DNA of 64,000 nucleotides from an uncultured Gammaproteobacteria bacterium (lineage in GTDB: Bacteria; Pseudomonadota; Gammaproteobacteria; UBA9214), in assembly GCA_963763115.1 (NCBI GenBank), contig CAVXNM010000031.1, positions 8,865 to 72,864 of the forward strand, given 5' to 3'. The notes under the pieces were generated by a model, which saw only the letters and a list, made by a program, of their open reading frames with translations, ran no database searches and was not told the origin of the DNA. A program made the position numbers and the translations under genes. Of this stretch, positions 36,275-47,296 are shown piece after piece (the first letter of the stretch is position 1; every line of letters starts with the position of its first letter).

Positions 36275-39200
36275 TTACAGCTCGTGCACCTTGACCGGCG
36301 ACGCTGCCCCCAGCACCTGCGCCTGTTCCACAAGCCGTCGGTGGTGGGTAAACAGGATGATCTGTGTTTTCCTGGCAAGCTCGGCCAGTACGCCGAGCGT
36401 CGCCCTGGATCGCTCGTCGTCGAAATGCACCAGGATGTCATCGACGATAAACGGCATGGGCTCCGCGCTTTCCATGTACTTCTCCAGCGATGCCAGACGC
36501 AGCGCGAGGTACAGCTGATCACGGGTTCCGGAACTCATGCCTTCCACGTAGACCCGGTCATCATTGGGCCGCACACCCACAAGGACGGGTTCGTCTTTCT
36601 CGTTGAAGTCGGCGCGAAGACCGGCAAACGAGCCCTGTGTCAGCACCGCGAAGTGCTCACTGGCACGTTCCAGCAGGGGCCCCTGGTGCTGCTGGCGGTA
36701 GCGTTCGATCTCGTTCCGCAATATCCGTGAGGCCAGTTTCACGCGAACATACTGTTCCGCATTCGAGCGTATCTTCACAAGTACCGACTGCGCCTCATCG
36801 GCCAGTACCGCGGCGTCATCACCGCCATCCATCCGATCCAGTTCATTCTTCTGCTTACCCTTTGCCTCGTGCAGATCTTTTATTCGCGGCTCAAGCTCAT
36901 CGTCGATCCGGCGAGTCAGTGACTCGATCTCGCCGGGCAGCGTATCCGGATCTGCCGCATCCACCTGTGTCTCGAGTTCAGCCAGCGTCACGCCTTCAGC
37001 GATGTCCCGAAGCTCCTGCTCCAGGCTATCGATTGTGTGCTTGCAGTTCTGATACTCGTTCGATCTTTGCTCAGCCAGTTCCAGTCCCGAGGCATCACGG
37101 CACTCCGCTTCCTTGCACAATGAATCGAGTCGTTCGAGCATCGTCTTGCGGGTCGCCTCGGCTGTGTCGATGTCCTCCTGCGCCTTGCGGATCTGTTCTT
37201 CGAACTGTTGGCGACGGGTATCCTCTCTTTGCGTGTCTCTCAGCAAGCGGATGAGACGTGCTACAGCATCCTCAACCGGCACTTTTGCGATGTCGGACGC
37301 CACACGCGCCACCACGCTTGCCACTTCCTCCCGGAATGTTCTTGCCTCTGCATCGATGGCCGCGATGCGGATTTGCAGTTTGTCCGCCTCATTCTGTTTT
37401 CCGAACAGTTCTCTGACGCTATCGAGAATGGCAGTCACCTCAGCGGGCAAGGCATCAGCCCCCAACCCCAGCCCGCCGACGACCTCCTTCCACTCACCCT
37501 TCCATGTCACGAGTGCCTCGCTAGCCGCTTGCTGTTCCAGCCGTGAGCTTTCCAGCCCTTGCTCGAGTGACGATATCTCCTTGTCCAGCATCTGACGCTG
37601 CCTGGCCAGTTCATCGATCCTGTCAGCTACTGCCTCGCACTCGGCTAGTAACGCTTCGAGAGATTCCGGGGTACTGACCTCTTTCCCAAGATCCTTCAGC
37701 GCCTGCTGCAGTGACTGGATATGCAACCCCCGCGTCCTTTCCAGGATATCCATTCGCCGGCGCTGTCCGTAAAGATCCTCGATCCGGTCACGCAGCCTCT
37801 CCATATTGTCCAGCCATGCACGCATCTCCCTCGGCGGCAGTGGCTGGATAGCCGAGCGGCCCCATAAACTGGCCCAGTCTGCATCAATCTGTCGCTGTTC
37901 CCCGGCACAGTCCTCGCGCTCCCCGGCAACCTCCTCGGCACGCACCCGGGCATCTGACAGTGCTGCCAGCAGGCTGGCCTGTTTCTGCACACGTTCGGCC
38001 TCGCGTCGCAGACGGTCCGCGAGTTCATCAGCATCAGCAACCCGGAACTCGTATGCCTCAGGTAGTGCACGCTCGGGATCCAGCTCTCGCGCCTCGGTAT
38101 CGACCACCTCACCACCCAGCCACTGACGGCGTATCAGCTCCCATGCCTGCTGCCGGCCGGAACGGACTTCAAGCAGGTCCTGCTCGGTAGGAATCGAACC
38201 GGCATACTGAATCTCATCAAGCTGCTTTTGCACCTCACGCACCCTGTTCGCATGTTCTGCCTGCCTGTCATCGAGGCGCCGGGTGCGTTCAGCCACATCG
38301 GCATATGCCTGCTCAAACCGGTCAATGCTTTCACGTGGCGGCAAAGGCAAGCCTGGAATCTCGTCGAGGGTGCCTTGCCACTGGGCACTGAGTCGGGACA
38401 GGTCGTGGCGGCATGCCTGTTCAAGCATTTCATATTCATCCCGGGCTGTTCGCAGTGATTCATCCAGATTACCCTGGCGTCGGGTTAGTGCTACCTGCTT
38501 GCGCAGCGCCTCTGATGATCCCGCCTCGGCAAGCTCCATGCGTTCCTCGCGGGCCTTTTGCAAGCGTGATTCATGCTCTCGTTGCAGTTTGACGGCCTGG
38601 CGCTCACGTTCGATCAGCGCCTGTCGCTGATTTCCCAGATCCGTGATTCTGGCACCTCTCGACAGGACTGGTCGCAGTGTTTCGGCATTATCGAGGGAGA
38701 TGTCCGGACGAACCGCTTTCAGCAGGGCTTCGGTATCCGACAGCAATTGACTGCGCTCGGCCTTCCGGTGCGGACGGTCCTGCATGGCCTTGCGGTGACC
38801 ACCCAGGCGTTCATGCAGATCCTCGATAGTTTCACCAAATTCCAGTATTTCCGTGTTCACTGAAATTGCCGCGAGCTGCTTCTGCAGGCCTTCCAGAGTC
38901 CTGGTCGCACTATTTACTGTAGTGGCCGCCTTATCCAGTTCGCGGGCAGCGGTCTCACGGCGCTTGCCGAAATCTGCCGCCAGCATGACGACATCACCCA
39001 GTTCCTCAATTTTCAGCAGCAGTTCACGCCGCGCCGAGATCCTGGGCAGAGCCCGCTGGATGCGCCGCAGCCGATTTCGATCGGCCTTGGTCTGCACCAG
39101 CTCCTCTTGCAGTTGTGCCAGTTCCTTGTTGGTCCGCTCAAGGGCACGGCGCGCCTCGCCCCATTCACGCGATGACAGCGACTGGTCCTTGATAGCCTTT

Positions 39201-39779
39201 TGAAGTTGAGCATGCTCTTTCAGGGCAGCGTTGAACGTCGGCTTCGACCCCACCCGGTTTGAAGAGTTCACCGGCTTCGGTTTCCAGCTGTTCCAGCACG
39301 GCATGCAGGGCCGCACTGCCCATGGAGGCGGAAAACAGCGCCTGTCCGACCTCCCCCTTTTGCTCCAGGATTTCCTGCCCGCCCCGGACCAGTGCCTCAT
39401 GATCGATGCCGAACAGCATCTCGAACACCTCGGCGCTAACACCATGGAGAAATGGCGCCAGCGCATCGTCCACGAGCTGGCCACCGTCCGGCGACAGCAG
39501 GGTATTCTTGTTGCCCTTGCGCCTGATGATGGCGAGCTCATGGCCGTCATGGCTCCGCAATGTGCCGCCAATCCGGAGGTCCTTGTTCTCGTGCCTGAAG
39601 TTGTCGGTCGTCCGCGCAGGGATGCCGAACAGCAACGCCTTCAGACCGCGCAGCGAGGAACTCTTGCCCGCCTCATTGGGCCCGTAGACGATGTGCAGCC
39701 CGCCTCCGGGCGAGGAAAAATCCAGCAGCCGGTCGCTGAACGGGCCAAAGGCAAGCAGGTTGAGTTCCCGGATCTCCAC
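36275..39779 (-). CDS. yhaN: YhaN/SbcE-like SMC-type ATPase (AAA_27), with a +1 frameshift at about 39248-39251
   Basis: LLAFGPF, Walker A YGPNEAGKSS, long coiled coil, signature MSSGTRDQLYLALRLA, Walker B IVDDILVHFDD, LFTHH. Confidence 0.9.
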
Positions 39780-41040
39780 TATGCATCCACCTCGAACTGA
39801 CGAGACGGTGCACCAGGAGTTCCTTGATGTCCTCCATCAGGCTGGTCAGGTAGCCGGGATCGGTCGGATCGTAACGATCCTCGCCGCCCAGCAGTTCCGG
39901 CGGGAGCTTCTGGCGCAGGTCGGCTACTTCAGCGGCGAGCCCCTCGACGCCGGAAGCGTCAATCTCGAGTGCGTGGATCGCACGCAGCAACCCGCCCAGC
40001 GCATCGTCCCGTTCAAGCAGTTCGTCCATCGCGACCGCCTGGCGTGTCTCGATGGCCACCTTCTCCAGCCACATCCCCGCTCCGCCAAGGCCTGACGCGA
40101 GCGCGCGGTACTCCTGAATCCAGTGAATGCTGTCCGAGTGCAGTATTGAGTGCACCGGACTGCTGCCCTGCAAAACCAGTCTGGCGGCAACGGGGCGTGC
40201 ATCGGCATCGTCCAGCGCCTGCTGCAGTGCATCCCGCACCTGATCATAGATTTCATCGAGTGAAGCACTGTCCGTCACATCCACCGTGCACCGGGTCCAG
40301 CGCAGGACATCGAGGTCACGGTGCTCGACGGCTGCCACTTCGCCATCTGTAACGGTAACCAGCGTGCAGCCCTTCGGGCCGGTCTCACGGGCGTGACGTC
40401 CCTGGATATTGCCCGGGAACACGATCCAGGGCTCCTGGCTGACCACCTCGCGGTTGTGGACATGCCCCAGCGCCCAGTAGTGATAACCTTTGGAACGCAG
40501 GCCATCGACTGTGCAGGGCGCATAGGGTTCATGGCCCGGCTTGCCGTTCAGGCAGGTGTGCAGAAGACCAATATTGAACAGATTCGGATCCGCTTGCGGG
40601 TAGGCTCTGGAAAGGTCTTCCGTTACCTCGCACCTCGAGAAGCCCTGCCCGTGCACCGCCAGGTCCAGTTTCTCGAGCACTACGGTTTCCGGCTTGCTGG
40701 TGGAAAACAGTGTGACATTGTCCGGCAGGCGCAGCTGCCTGGTAATCTGGCTGGCCGCATCGTGGTTGCCTGCAACGATGAACACGCGGATGCCCGCCTC
40801 GCGCAGCCGTGCCATCCGCTGGATAAAATACAGCCCGGTGTTGTAATCCTTCCAGTCACCGTCGTAGAGGTCGCCGGCGAGCAGCACGAAACTGACCTCC
40901 TCCTCAATCGCCAAGTCGACCAGATTGTCGAAGGCGCGCCGCGTGGCGCCACGCAACTCCGCGACCGGTGCGCCTTCATAGCGTTCCAGGCCGTGCAGCG
41001 GGCTGTCGAGATGCACATCGGCGGCGTGGAGGAATTTCAT
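39673..41040 (-). CDS. yhaO: YhaO/SbcD/Mre11-like DNA exonuclease (metallophosphoesterase)
   Basis: HAADVHLD, AGDLYD, AGNHD, LLHT, ALGHVH, PGNIQGRH; the 3' end overlaps yhaN by 107 bp and may be extended by an indel. Confidence 0.93.
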   Translation of the reverse strand: MKFLHAADVHLDSPLHGLERYEGAPVAELRGATRRAFDNLVDLAIEEEVSFVLLAGDLYDGDWKDYNTGLYFIQRMARLREAGIRVFIVAGNHDAASQITRQLRLPDNVTLFSTSKPETVVLEKLDLAVHGQGFSRCEVTEDLSRAYPQADPNLFNIGLLHTCLNGKPGHEPYAPCTVDGLRSKGYHYWALGHVHNREVVSQEPWIVFPGNIQGRHARETGPKGCTLVTVTDGEVAAVEHRDLDVLRWTRCTVDVTDSASLDEIYDQVRDALQQALDDADARPVAARLVLQGSSPVHSILHSDSIHWIQEYRALASGLGGAGMWLEKVAIETRQAVAMDELLERDDALGGLLRAIHALEIDASGVEGLAAEVADLRQKLPPELLGGEDRYDPTDPGYLTSLMEDIKELLVHRLVSSRWMHSGDPGTQPACLWPVQRPAAGFFLARRRAAHRLRAQ

Positions 41041-41103
41041 GAGAAAAAGCCTTAAATAATTAACGTATGATACTGTTAATCATACTTATATGATAAAACT
41101 TTA

Positions 41104-42153
41104 CCTGATTAGCGATAAACCTCAGCCAGGCTCACGGGGTGAGCCACTGGGGTTCGTAAACTAGCCCCATGGTAGGTTTAAGAGGAGCAATACCATGGCG
41201 ATGAATCGAATCCAATTCCAACCCGGGCTGAGTCTTACGGAATTCCTGGAGCAATACGGTACGGAGGAACACTGCGAGCAGGCGCTGGAGCTGGCCCGCT
41301 GGCCAAACGGTTTTCGCTGCGAGAACTGCGCAAGCACGCACTACTGTATCGTGAACGCCCGCGGCCGCAAGACCTATCAGTGCCATCACTGCCACCACCA
41401 GAGCACGCTCAAAGCCGGCACGATCTTTCATGCCTCTAAGTTGCCGCTGGTGCGCTGGTTTCAGGCCATGTATCTGATGAGCCAGTCGAAAAACAACATC
41501 TCGGGCCTCGAACTGAAGCGTCAGCTGGGGGTGTGTTACCGCACCGCCTGGCTGGTCAAGCACAAACTGATGCAGGTCATGCGTGAACGCGAAGCCGACG
41601 GCGTCCTGAGCGGGCGAGTGATCGCCGACGATGCCTACCTGGGCGGTGAGCGGCGCGGAAAGCGCGGGCGCGGCTCGGAAAATAAGGTACCCTTCATTGC
41701 GGCGGTCGAGGTCGATGACGCGGATCGTCCGATGCGCGTGCGTTTTGATCGGGTCGAGGGCTTTTGCTCGGAGGCGGTCAGCGCCTGGGCCAGGCAGCAT
41801 CTGGCGCCCCAGAGTAGCGTGGTCTCGGATGGTCTGGCGTGTTTTGCCGCCGTCGCGACCGCGGGCTGCCAGCATGAGCCCCAGGTGGTTGGTGCTACGC
41901 GCCGCAGTACCGATATGCCCTGCTTTAGCTGGGTTAATACCCTGCTGGGCAACCTGAAAACCGCCTTGAGTGGTACCTATCATGCGTTCAATTTTGCAAA
42001 ATATGCCGACCGTTATCTCGCTGAGTACCAGTACCGCTTCAATCGACGCGTTAACCTCAAGACCATGCTGCCCCGTTTGCTGCGGGCCGCGGCGACAACC
42101 GGCAGTCGCCCTGAGGCCTGGTTGAGAATGGCTGAGCTTCATCGCTAATCAGG
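41104..42153 (+). mobile_element. Complete IS1595-family insertion sequence (1050 bp)
   Basis: 25-bp TIRs CCTGATTAGCGAT(A/G)AA(C/G)CTCAGCCA at 41104-28 and 42129-53; 8-bp TSD AAACTTTA at 41096-103 and 42154-61. Confidence 0.96.
41195..42148 (+). CDS. IS1595-family transposase (ISSod11/ISXo-like)
   Basis: Zn ribbon CENC...CHHC, GTIFH, ADDAYLGG, SDGLACF, EYQYRFNRR. Confidence 0.96.
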   Translation: MAMNRIQFQPGLSLTEFLEQYGTEEHCEQALELARWPNGFRCENCASTHYCIVNARGRKTYQCHHCHHQSTLKAGTIFHASKLPLVRWFQAMYLMSQSKNNISGLELKRQLGVCYRTAWLVKHKLMQVMREREADGVLSGRVIADDAYLGGERRGKRGRGSENKVPFIAAVEVDDADRPMRVRFDRVEGFCSEAVSAWARQHLAPQSSVVSDGLACFAAVATAGCQHEPQVVGATRRSTDMPCFSWVNTLLGNLKTALSGTYHAFNFAKYADRYLAEYQYRFNRRVNLKTMLPRLLRAAATTGSRPEAWLRMAELHR

Positions 42154-42569
42154 AAACTTTATAACGCTTTGTGTAGGAGCTGATTTGCCCGCAAATCGGT
42201 TGAGTGACAAGCGTCGACTCGCGGGCGAGCACGTGTCTACAGATAGATTCACCAGTTATTTCGAGGAATTCGCCGTTCCTGTGGCTTCTATCAGTGCTGA
42301 AAATCGGATATTGCAATCCTTGCATAGTGAGTGGCTCACCAAGTGAGCCTGACTATAACCGATCGGGTGCAGGCTGACAGGAAAACACGACCGGCCAGGC
42401 AGGCGCCGTAAATTAAGGCGCATTCTGATAAATCAGACCTAACCCCTTGATAGCCACCTCTCTGACCGAACGCAGGGCCAGAAAGTATCGGTCCGCGAAA
42501 TAACACGCCGGATGACAACCGCTGTCGGAGTACCGGTGAACCGGCAATGACCTACGCCCCGATGTCGCA

Positions 42570-44822
42570 TCAGAGCGGTCGTTCGACCGACGGCTTGCGC
42601 CTGCGTTTCCCCGTCCCCTGATGACCGGCTTTCCCGCTGCCTTCCTGCCAGGGCGGCAGGCCGGTATGCTGGGTCAGCAGCGCCCCCTTGAGGCGTCGTT
42701 GATGCGCCTGCCCGGAGTTCTTGCGGCGCGGTGCCCGGTAGTCCTTCCTTTCGTTTGGCCGTTCGTGCGGTATCAGCTGGTGGGGACCATCGCCGATCAG
42801 GTCGGCACGACCCATCGCCAAGAGCGCTTCGCGCAGCAGCGGCCAGTGCTGCGGATCGTGGTAGCGCAGGAACGCCTTGTGCAGCCTGCGACGCCATGCA
42901 TCCTTGACGACATCCACTCCCTCGCTCTTGTAACGCACCCGGTGCAGCGGATTCCTGCCCGAGTGGTACATGGCCGTCGCGGTGGCCATGGGCGAGGGAT
43001 AGAACGCCTGCACCTGATCGGCGCGGAAGCCGTTGCGCCTCAGCCAGAGGGCCAGGTTGACCATATCCTCGTCGAGCGTGCCCGGATGGGCGGCGATGAA
43101 ATACGGGATCAGGTACTGCTCCTTGCCGGCCTCGGCGGAGTATTTCTCGAACAGCCGCTTGAAGGCGTCATAGGCGCCGACTCCCGGCTTCATCATCATC
43201 GACAGGGGACCTTCCTCGGTATGCTCCGGCGCAATTTTCAGGTAACCACCGACGTGGTGGGTGACCAGTTCCTTCACATACTCCGGGTCGCGCACCGCGA
43301 GATCGTAGCGCAGCCCGGAGGCGATCAGGACCTTTTTGACGCCAGGGAGGCGACGGGCTTCCCGATAGAGCCGCGTAAGCGCGGAATGATCGGTATCGAG
43401 ATTCGGACAGATGCCCGGATAGACGCAGCTTGGCTTGCGGCAGGCGGCCTCGATGTCACGGCTCTTGCAGGCGATGCGGTACATGTTGGCGGTGGGGCCG
43501 CCGAGGTCGGAGATGACACCGGTGAAACCCGGGACCTTGTCGCGGATGTCCTCGATTTCCCGCAGGATCGAGTCCTGCGAACGGTTCTGGATGATGCGGC
43601 CCTCGTGCTCGGTGATGGAACAGAAGGTGCAGCCGCCGAAGCAGCCGCGCATGATATTGACCGAGAAGCGGATCATCTCCCAGGCCGGGATGTTCTCGCC
43701 CCGGTAGCGGGGGTGGGGCACGCGCGCGAACGGCATGCCGAACACGTAGTCCATTTCCGCGGTGCTGAGCGGAATCGGCGGCGGATTCAGCCAGATATCG
43801 ACCGGGCCGTGCTGCTGCACCAGCGCACGGGCATTGCCGGGATTGGTTTCGAGATGCAGCACCCGGCTGGCGTGGGCATAGAGCACGGCATCGTTGCGCA
43901 CTTTCTCGAACGAGGGCAGGCGGATCACGGTGTGCGCGCGCGCCAGTCGTGGCCGGGGCGGCGGAACCAGCGGTGAACCGTGTTCGTCGAACCCGGCGCC
44001 ATAGCCGGCGCTGGTACGCCTTTCCCGCTCGCAGGCATCCATCGCCTGGGTGTTGACATAGGGGTTGATGATGCTGTCGATCCTGCCCGGGCGGTCGATG
44101 CGTGTGGAATCGACTTCCCACCAGTCCGCGGGGGTGTCGCGGCGGATGAGGGCGGTGCCGCGCACATCGGTAATTTCCGCGATGGGTTCGCCGCGCGCGA
44201 GGCGGTGAGCCAGTTCCACCACGGCCCGTTCGGCGTTGCCGTAGAGCAGAATGTCGGCGCCGGCGTCCACCAGCAGTGAACGGCGCACCGTATCCTGCCA
44301 GTAATCATAGTGGGCGATGCGCCGCAGCGAGGCCTCGATGCCGCCCAGCACGAGCGGCACATCCGGCCAGGCTTCCCGGCAGCGCTGCGCATAGGCCAGC
44401 GAACAGCGATCCGGGCGCTTCCCGGCGCGCCCGCCGGGGGTGTAGGCATCGTCGGAACGGGGTTTGCGCTCCGCGGTATAGCGGTTGATCATCGAGTCCA
44501 TGTTGCCGGCGGTTACGCCGAAGAAGATATTCGGCCGACCGAGTACCTCGAACGCCGCTTTCGAATGCCAGCCCGGCTGGGCGATGATGCCGACCCGGAA
44601 CCCCTGGGCCTCCAGCAGCCGCCCGACGATGGCCATGCCGAAGGACGGGTGATCGACGTAGGCGTCGCCCGTGACGAGGATGATGTCGCAGGAATCCCAG
44701 CCCAGCGTATCCATTTCCGCACGGCTCATGGGCAGGAACGGGGCGCTGCCAAAACACTCGGCCCAGTACTTCGGGTAATCGAACAGGGCGGTGCGGACGG
44801 CGGGAATGGCGACAGCTGACAT
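42570..44822 (-). CDS. ygiQ: YgiQ/UPF0313 radical SAM protein
   Basis: [32 protein letters not shown] (CxxxCxxC), [24 protein letters not shown]. Confidence 0.96.
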   Translation of the reverse strand: MSAVAIPAVRTALFDYPKYWAECFGSAPFLPMSRAEMDTLGWDSCDIILVTGDAYVDHPSFGMAIVGRLLEAQGFRVGIIAQPGWHSKAAFEVLGRPNIFFGVTAGNMDSMINRYTAERKPRSDDAYTPGGRAGKRPDRCSLAYAQRCREAWPDVPLVLGGIEASLRRIAHYDYWQDTVRRSLLVDAGADILLYGNAERAVVELAHRLARGEPIAEITDVRGTALIRRDTPADWWEVDSTRIDRPGRIDSIINPYVNTQAMDACERERRTSAGYGAGFDEHGSPLVPPPRPRLARAHTVIRLPSFEKVRNDAVLYAHASRVLHLETNPGNARALVQQHGPVDIWLNPPPIPLSTAEMDYVFGMPFARVPHPRYRGENIPAWEMIRFSVNIMRGCFGGCTFCSITEHEGRIIQNRSQDSILREIEDIRDKVPGFTGVISDLGGPTANMYRIACKSRDIEAACRKPSCVYPGICPNLDTDHSALTRLYREARRLPGVKKVLIASGLRYDLAVRDPEYVKELVTHHVGGYLKIAPEHTEEGPLSMMMKPGVGAYDAFKRLFEKYSAEAGKEQYLIPYFIAAHPGTLDEDMVNLALWLRRNGFRADQVQAFYPSPMATATAMYHSGRNPLHRVRYKSEGVDVVKDAWRRRLHKAFLRYHDPQHWPLLREALLAMGRADLIGDGPHQLIPHERPNERKDYRAPRRKNSGQAHQRRLKGALLTQHTGLPPWQEGSGKAGHQGTGKRRRKPSVERPL

Positions 44823-44901
44823 GGATTGATCCGGGTTCAGGGGCACCAGTGTAGCGAAAATGCCACCGCTTGACATGCCGCATCGCGCCGGGCCGGGCGC
44901 C

Positions 44902-45150
44902 TTATTCGCGGCGTTTGAACCTCACGACGTTATCCGGCGGGCGAACGGTCTGTTTTGCCCGTGTGGGCGGGTCGCGTTTCGGTTCCACCCGATCGTGTCG
45001 CGACTGCCTCTCAAATCCGGTCACGGTTTCGCACCTGCGCCGTTTTGCGAGCTTGCGATCATCGAGGAAACCCCAGGTCAGGAAAACCAGCAACGCCACA
45101 CCCAGGACGAGATAATAAATGAGCACGATGCTGCCGATCAGTTCAAGCAT
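44902..45150 (-). CDS. Small membrane protein (82 aa)
   Basis: N-terminal TM helix, basic tail ending [10 protein letters not shown]. Confidence 0.55.
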   Translation of the reverse strand: MLELIGSIVLIYYLVLGVALLVFLTWGFLDDRKLAKRRRCETVTGFERQSRHDRVEPKRDPPTRAKQTVRPPDNVVRFKRRE

Positions 45151-45218
45151 GGGATATCCTGTTCAGGAAACTTCCCCGCACGAGGCGCAAGCCTGCGACA
45201 GCCCCCGACATTCACTAC

Positions 45219-45806
45219 TCATTCAGAGACTCCCGCCGCGACTTTGCCCCCGGCAGCACCCTCGAAGCTGGTAAACATCGGCAGGAAGGTATTTTTTATT
45301 TCCTCGCGGGCGCACGTGAGGCAATGCGCCAGGTGCCAGTCTATTTCCGGTTGCATACAGGCGATCTGCGCGGCGCGGCGCTCCGCCGTTGTGGCATAAT
45401 CCGGCGATTCCGGCAAACCCAGCAGCAGGGCCAGCGCCACATTCATTTCAATCGGTATCTCGATCTCACCCTCGCGGGTGGCGGCGCTGACTACCCGGCT
45501 ATCGAGCGCTCCTACGACCAGATCCAGAGCCTGCTCGATGCAGCGCCCCCTCCGCGTCGTGAACTCAATCAGGCGGTGCTGGTATACTTCGACCTGCTGC
45601 GCCACGGTGCGTCCGCAGGTCCACCGCACCAGTTCCAGATAGGTATGCAGCTGGTAGGCCCGCGTACCCGTTATGAAAACATCGCGATAGGGCTTGAACT
45701 CACGCTCATCGACGCGCATCCATTTAATCAGCGCTTCCTGCCGTGTCAGGTATTCGATCGGCAACGCCGCCAGACTGTAGAGCTGTATCTTTACCGTGAT
45801 CCCCAT
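45219..45806 (-). CDS. Hypothetical protein (195 aa)
   Basis: GGAG RBS, helical globular composition, divergent from AraC. Confidence 0.65.
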   Translation of the reverse strand: MGITVKIQLYSLAALPIEYLTRQEALIKWMRVDEREFKPYRDVFITGTRAYQLHTYLELVRWTCGRTVAQQVEVYQHRLIEFTTRRGRCIEQALDLVVGALDSRVVSAATREGEIEIPIEMNVALALLLGLPESPDYATTAERRAAQIACMQPEIDWHLAHCLTCAREEIKNTFLPMFTSFEGAAGGKVAAGVSE

Positions 45807-45935
45807 AATGGAACTCCCGGCTGTTGGATTACGGGTGGAAAAAGTCTTGCCAGGACTACCACCCTAGCCGGATCCTGCTACGCTTGGTTAATCATCAGGC
45901 GCCATAGACTTATCCGCCGGAACAAAGGTAAAACC

Positions 45936-46952
45936 ATGGGGCACACAACGCCGGAAATTACTACACTGGGAAGCGTTGCGGGGTTGATCGCGACGACGCT
46001 GCACGCCTGCGGCTGTGATCCGGAACCGTTGTTTGTCGCGGCGGGCCTCGATTTGAGCAGGGCCACGGACCCTCATGCACGCTTCCCCATGATGCGGATG
46101 CAGAAACTGTGGAAGCTGGCCGTCGAGGCCTCCGGCGACCCCTGCCTGGGACTGACCGCCGCACGCATGTTCCAGCCCGCCCTGCTGCACGGGCTGGGCC
46201 TTGCCTGGCTGGTCAGTGATACCCTGCTGGACGCCTTTGGCCGTCTGGTACGTTACGCGCGCCTGATCAACAGCGCTCTGGATTTCCGTATGGAAGAACA
46301 GCCGGATTCCGTCTACCTGGTCACCGTGCTGCCGGAGACACTCCCGCCTGACTTTCAATATGCGGCAATCGATCTGGGCATGGCGTCCTTTTTGCGCATG
46401 TGCCAGATCACGGCGGGTCATCCTATCCTGCCACGGTCTACCACTTTGCAACGACCAACCCCGCCATGTCCCGCGCAATTTGAAGATGTCTTCGGCGCTT
46501 CCATCGAATACGGAGCTCCCGTCAACCGGCTCTGCTTCGACCGGGATCTGCTCACCCGTCACCTCGCATCGGCCAATCCGGAACTCGCACGCATCAACGA
46601 CCAGGTCGTGATGGATTACCTGGCGCGCTTCGACCGGGACAGCATCGCCATGCAAGTACGCTCGAAAATCATTCACCAGCTCCCGGACGGCATCCCGAAG
46701 CAGGAGGTGATTGCGGACACACTGCATGTCAGCCTGCGCAGCCTGCAACGCAAGCTGAAAGAGGAAGACACCAGTTTCAGGGATCTGCTGGAGGATACCC
46801 GCCAGCAACTCGCCCTGCAGTACCTGCGGGATACCCGGCGCAGCATCGGCGAGATCACCTACCTGCTGGGTTTCTCCGAACCCAGCAACTTCACCCGCGC
46901 TTTCAAGCGATGGACCGGAAAATCACCGGTGCAATACCGGATGACCGGGTAA
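45936..46952 (+). CDS. AraC-family regulator (Arabinose_bd_2 N-domain; OruR/VirS-like)
   Basis: ASGDPCLGL, LVRYARLI, SLRSLQRKLKEE, YLLGFSEPSNFTRAFKRWTGKSP. Confidence 0.94.
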   Translation: MGHTTPEITTLGSVAGLIATTLHACGCDPEPLFVAAGLDLSRATDPHARFPMMRMQKLWKLAVEASGDPCLGLTAARMFQPALLHGLGLAWLVSDTLLDAFGRLVRYARLINSALDFRMEEQPDSVYLVTVLPETLPPDFQYAAIDLGMASFLRMCQITAGHPILPRSTTLQRPTPPCPAQFEDVFGASIEYGAPVNRLCFDRDLLTRHLASANPELARINDQVVMDYLARFDRDSIAMQVRSKIIHQLPDGIPKQEVIADTLHVSLRSLQRKLKEEDTSFRDLLEDTRQQLALQYLRDTRRSIGEITYLLGFSEPSNFTRAFKRWTGKSPVQYRMTG

Positions 46953-46978
46953 TCGGTTTTCATCCTAAATAAATGCAT

Positions 46979-47276
46979 TCACCGCAGAGACGCGAAGAGA
47001 ACTATCGATACGTAACAATCAAGGATAGTCTGATCAAGCCTGTCATTCCCGCGAAAGCGGGACAAAAGCGCACCGCGCGTTGAACGCCCGTAGGGCGGCC
47101 CGAAGGGTGAGCGCAGCGAATCATCTAGTTTTTGCAGAATCAGTGAGATACTGGATCCCCGCTTTCGCAGGAATAACTCATCCAGATGTTCCTTATACTT
47201 CTTCGCGTTCTTCCGGCAATTGCTCCATGCATTGCTCTAACTCCTGCATCCCTGCAGTCGTGCGTCTCTGCGGTGA
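46979..47276. repeat. Perfect 15-bp inverted pair TCACCGCAGAGACGC enclosing other repeats
   Basis: 46979-46993 and reverse complement at 47262-47276. Confidence 0.75.
47042..47177. repeat. dRS3/REP-like palindromic element
   Basis: GTCATTCCCGCGAAAGCGGGA ... TGGATCCCCGCTTTCGCAGGAATAAC. Confidence 0.8.
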
Positions 47277-47296
47277 GAATGTTGTTCTGGATGAAA

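Noticed and set aside
42160-42205. Integron attC-like site (ACTCAAC...GTT on minus strand) with GTAG REP-like hairpin
   Set aside because: Too short for attC, no L boxes, and no integrase or cassette array
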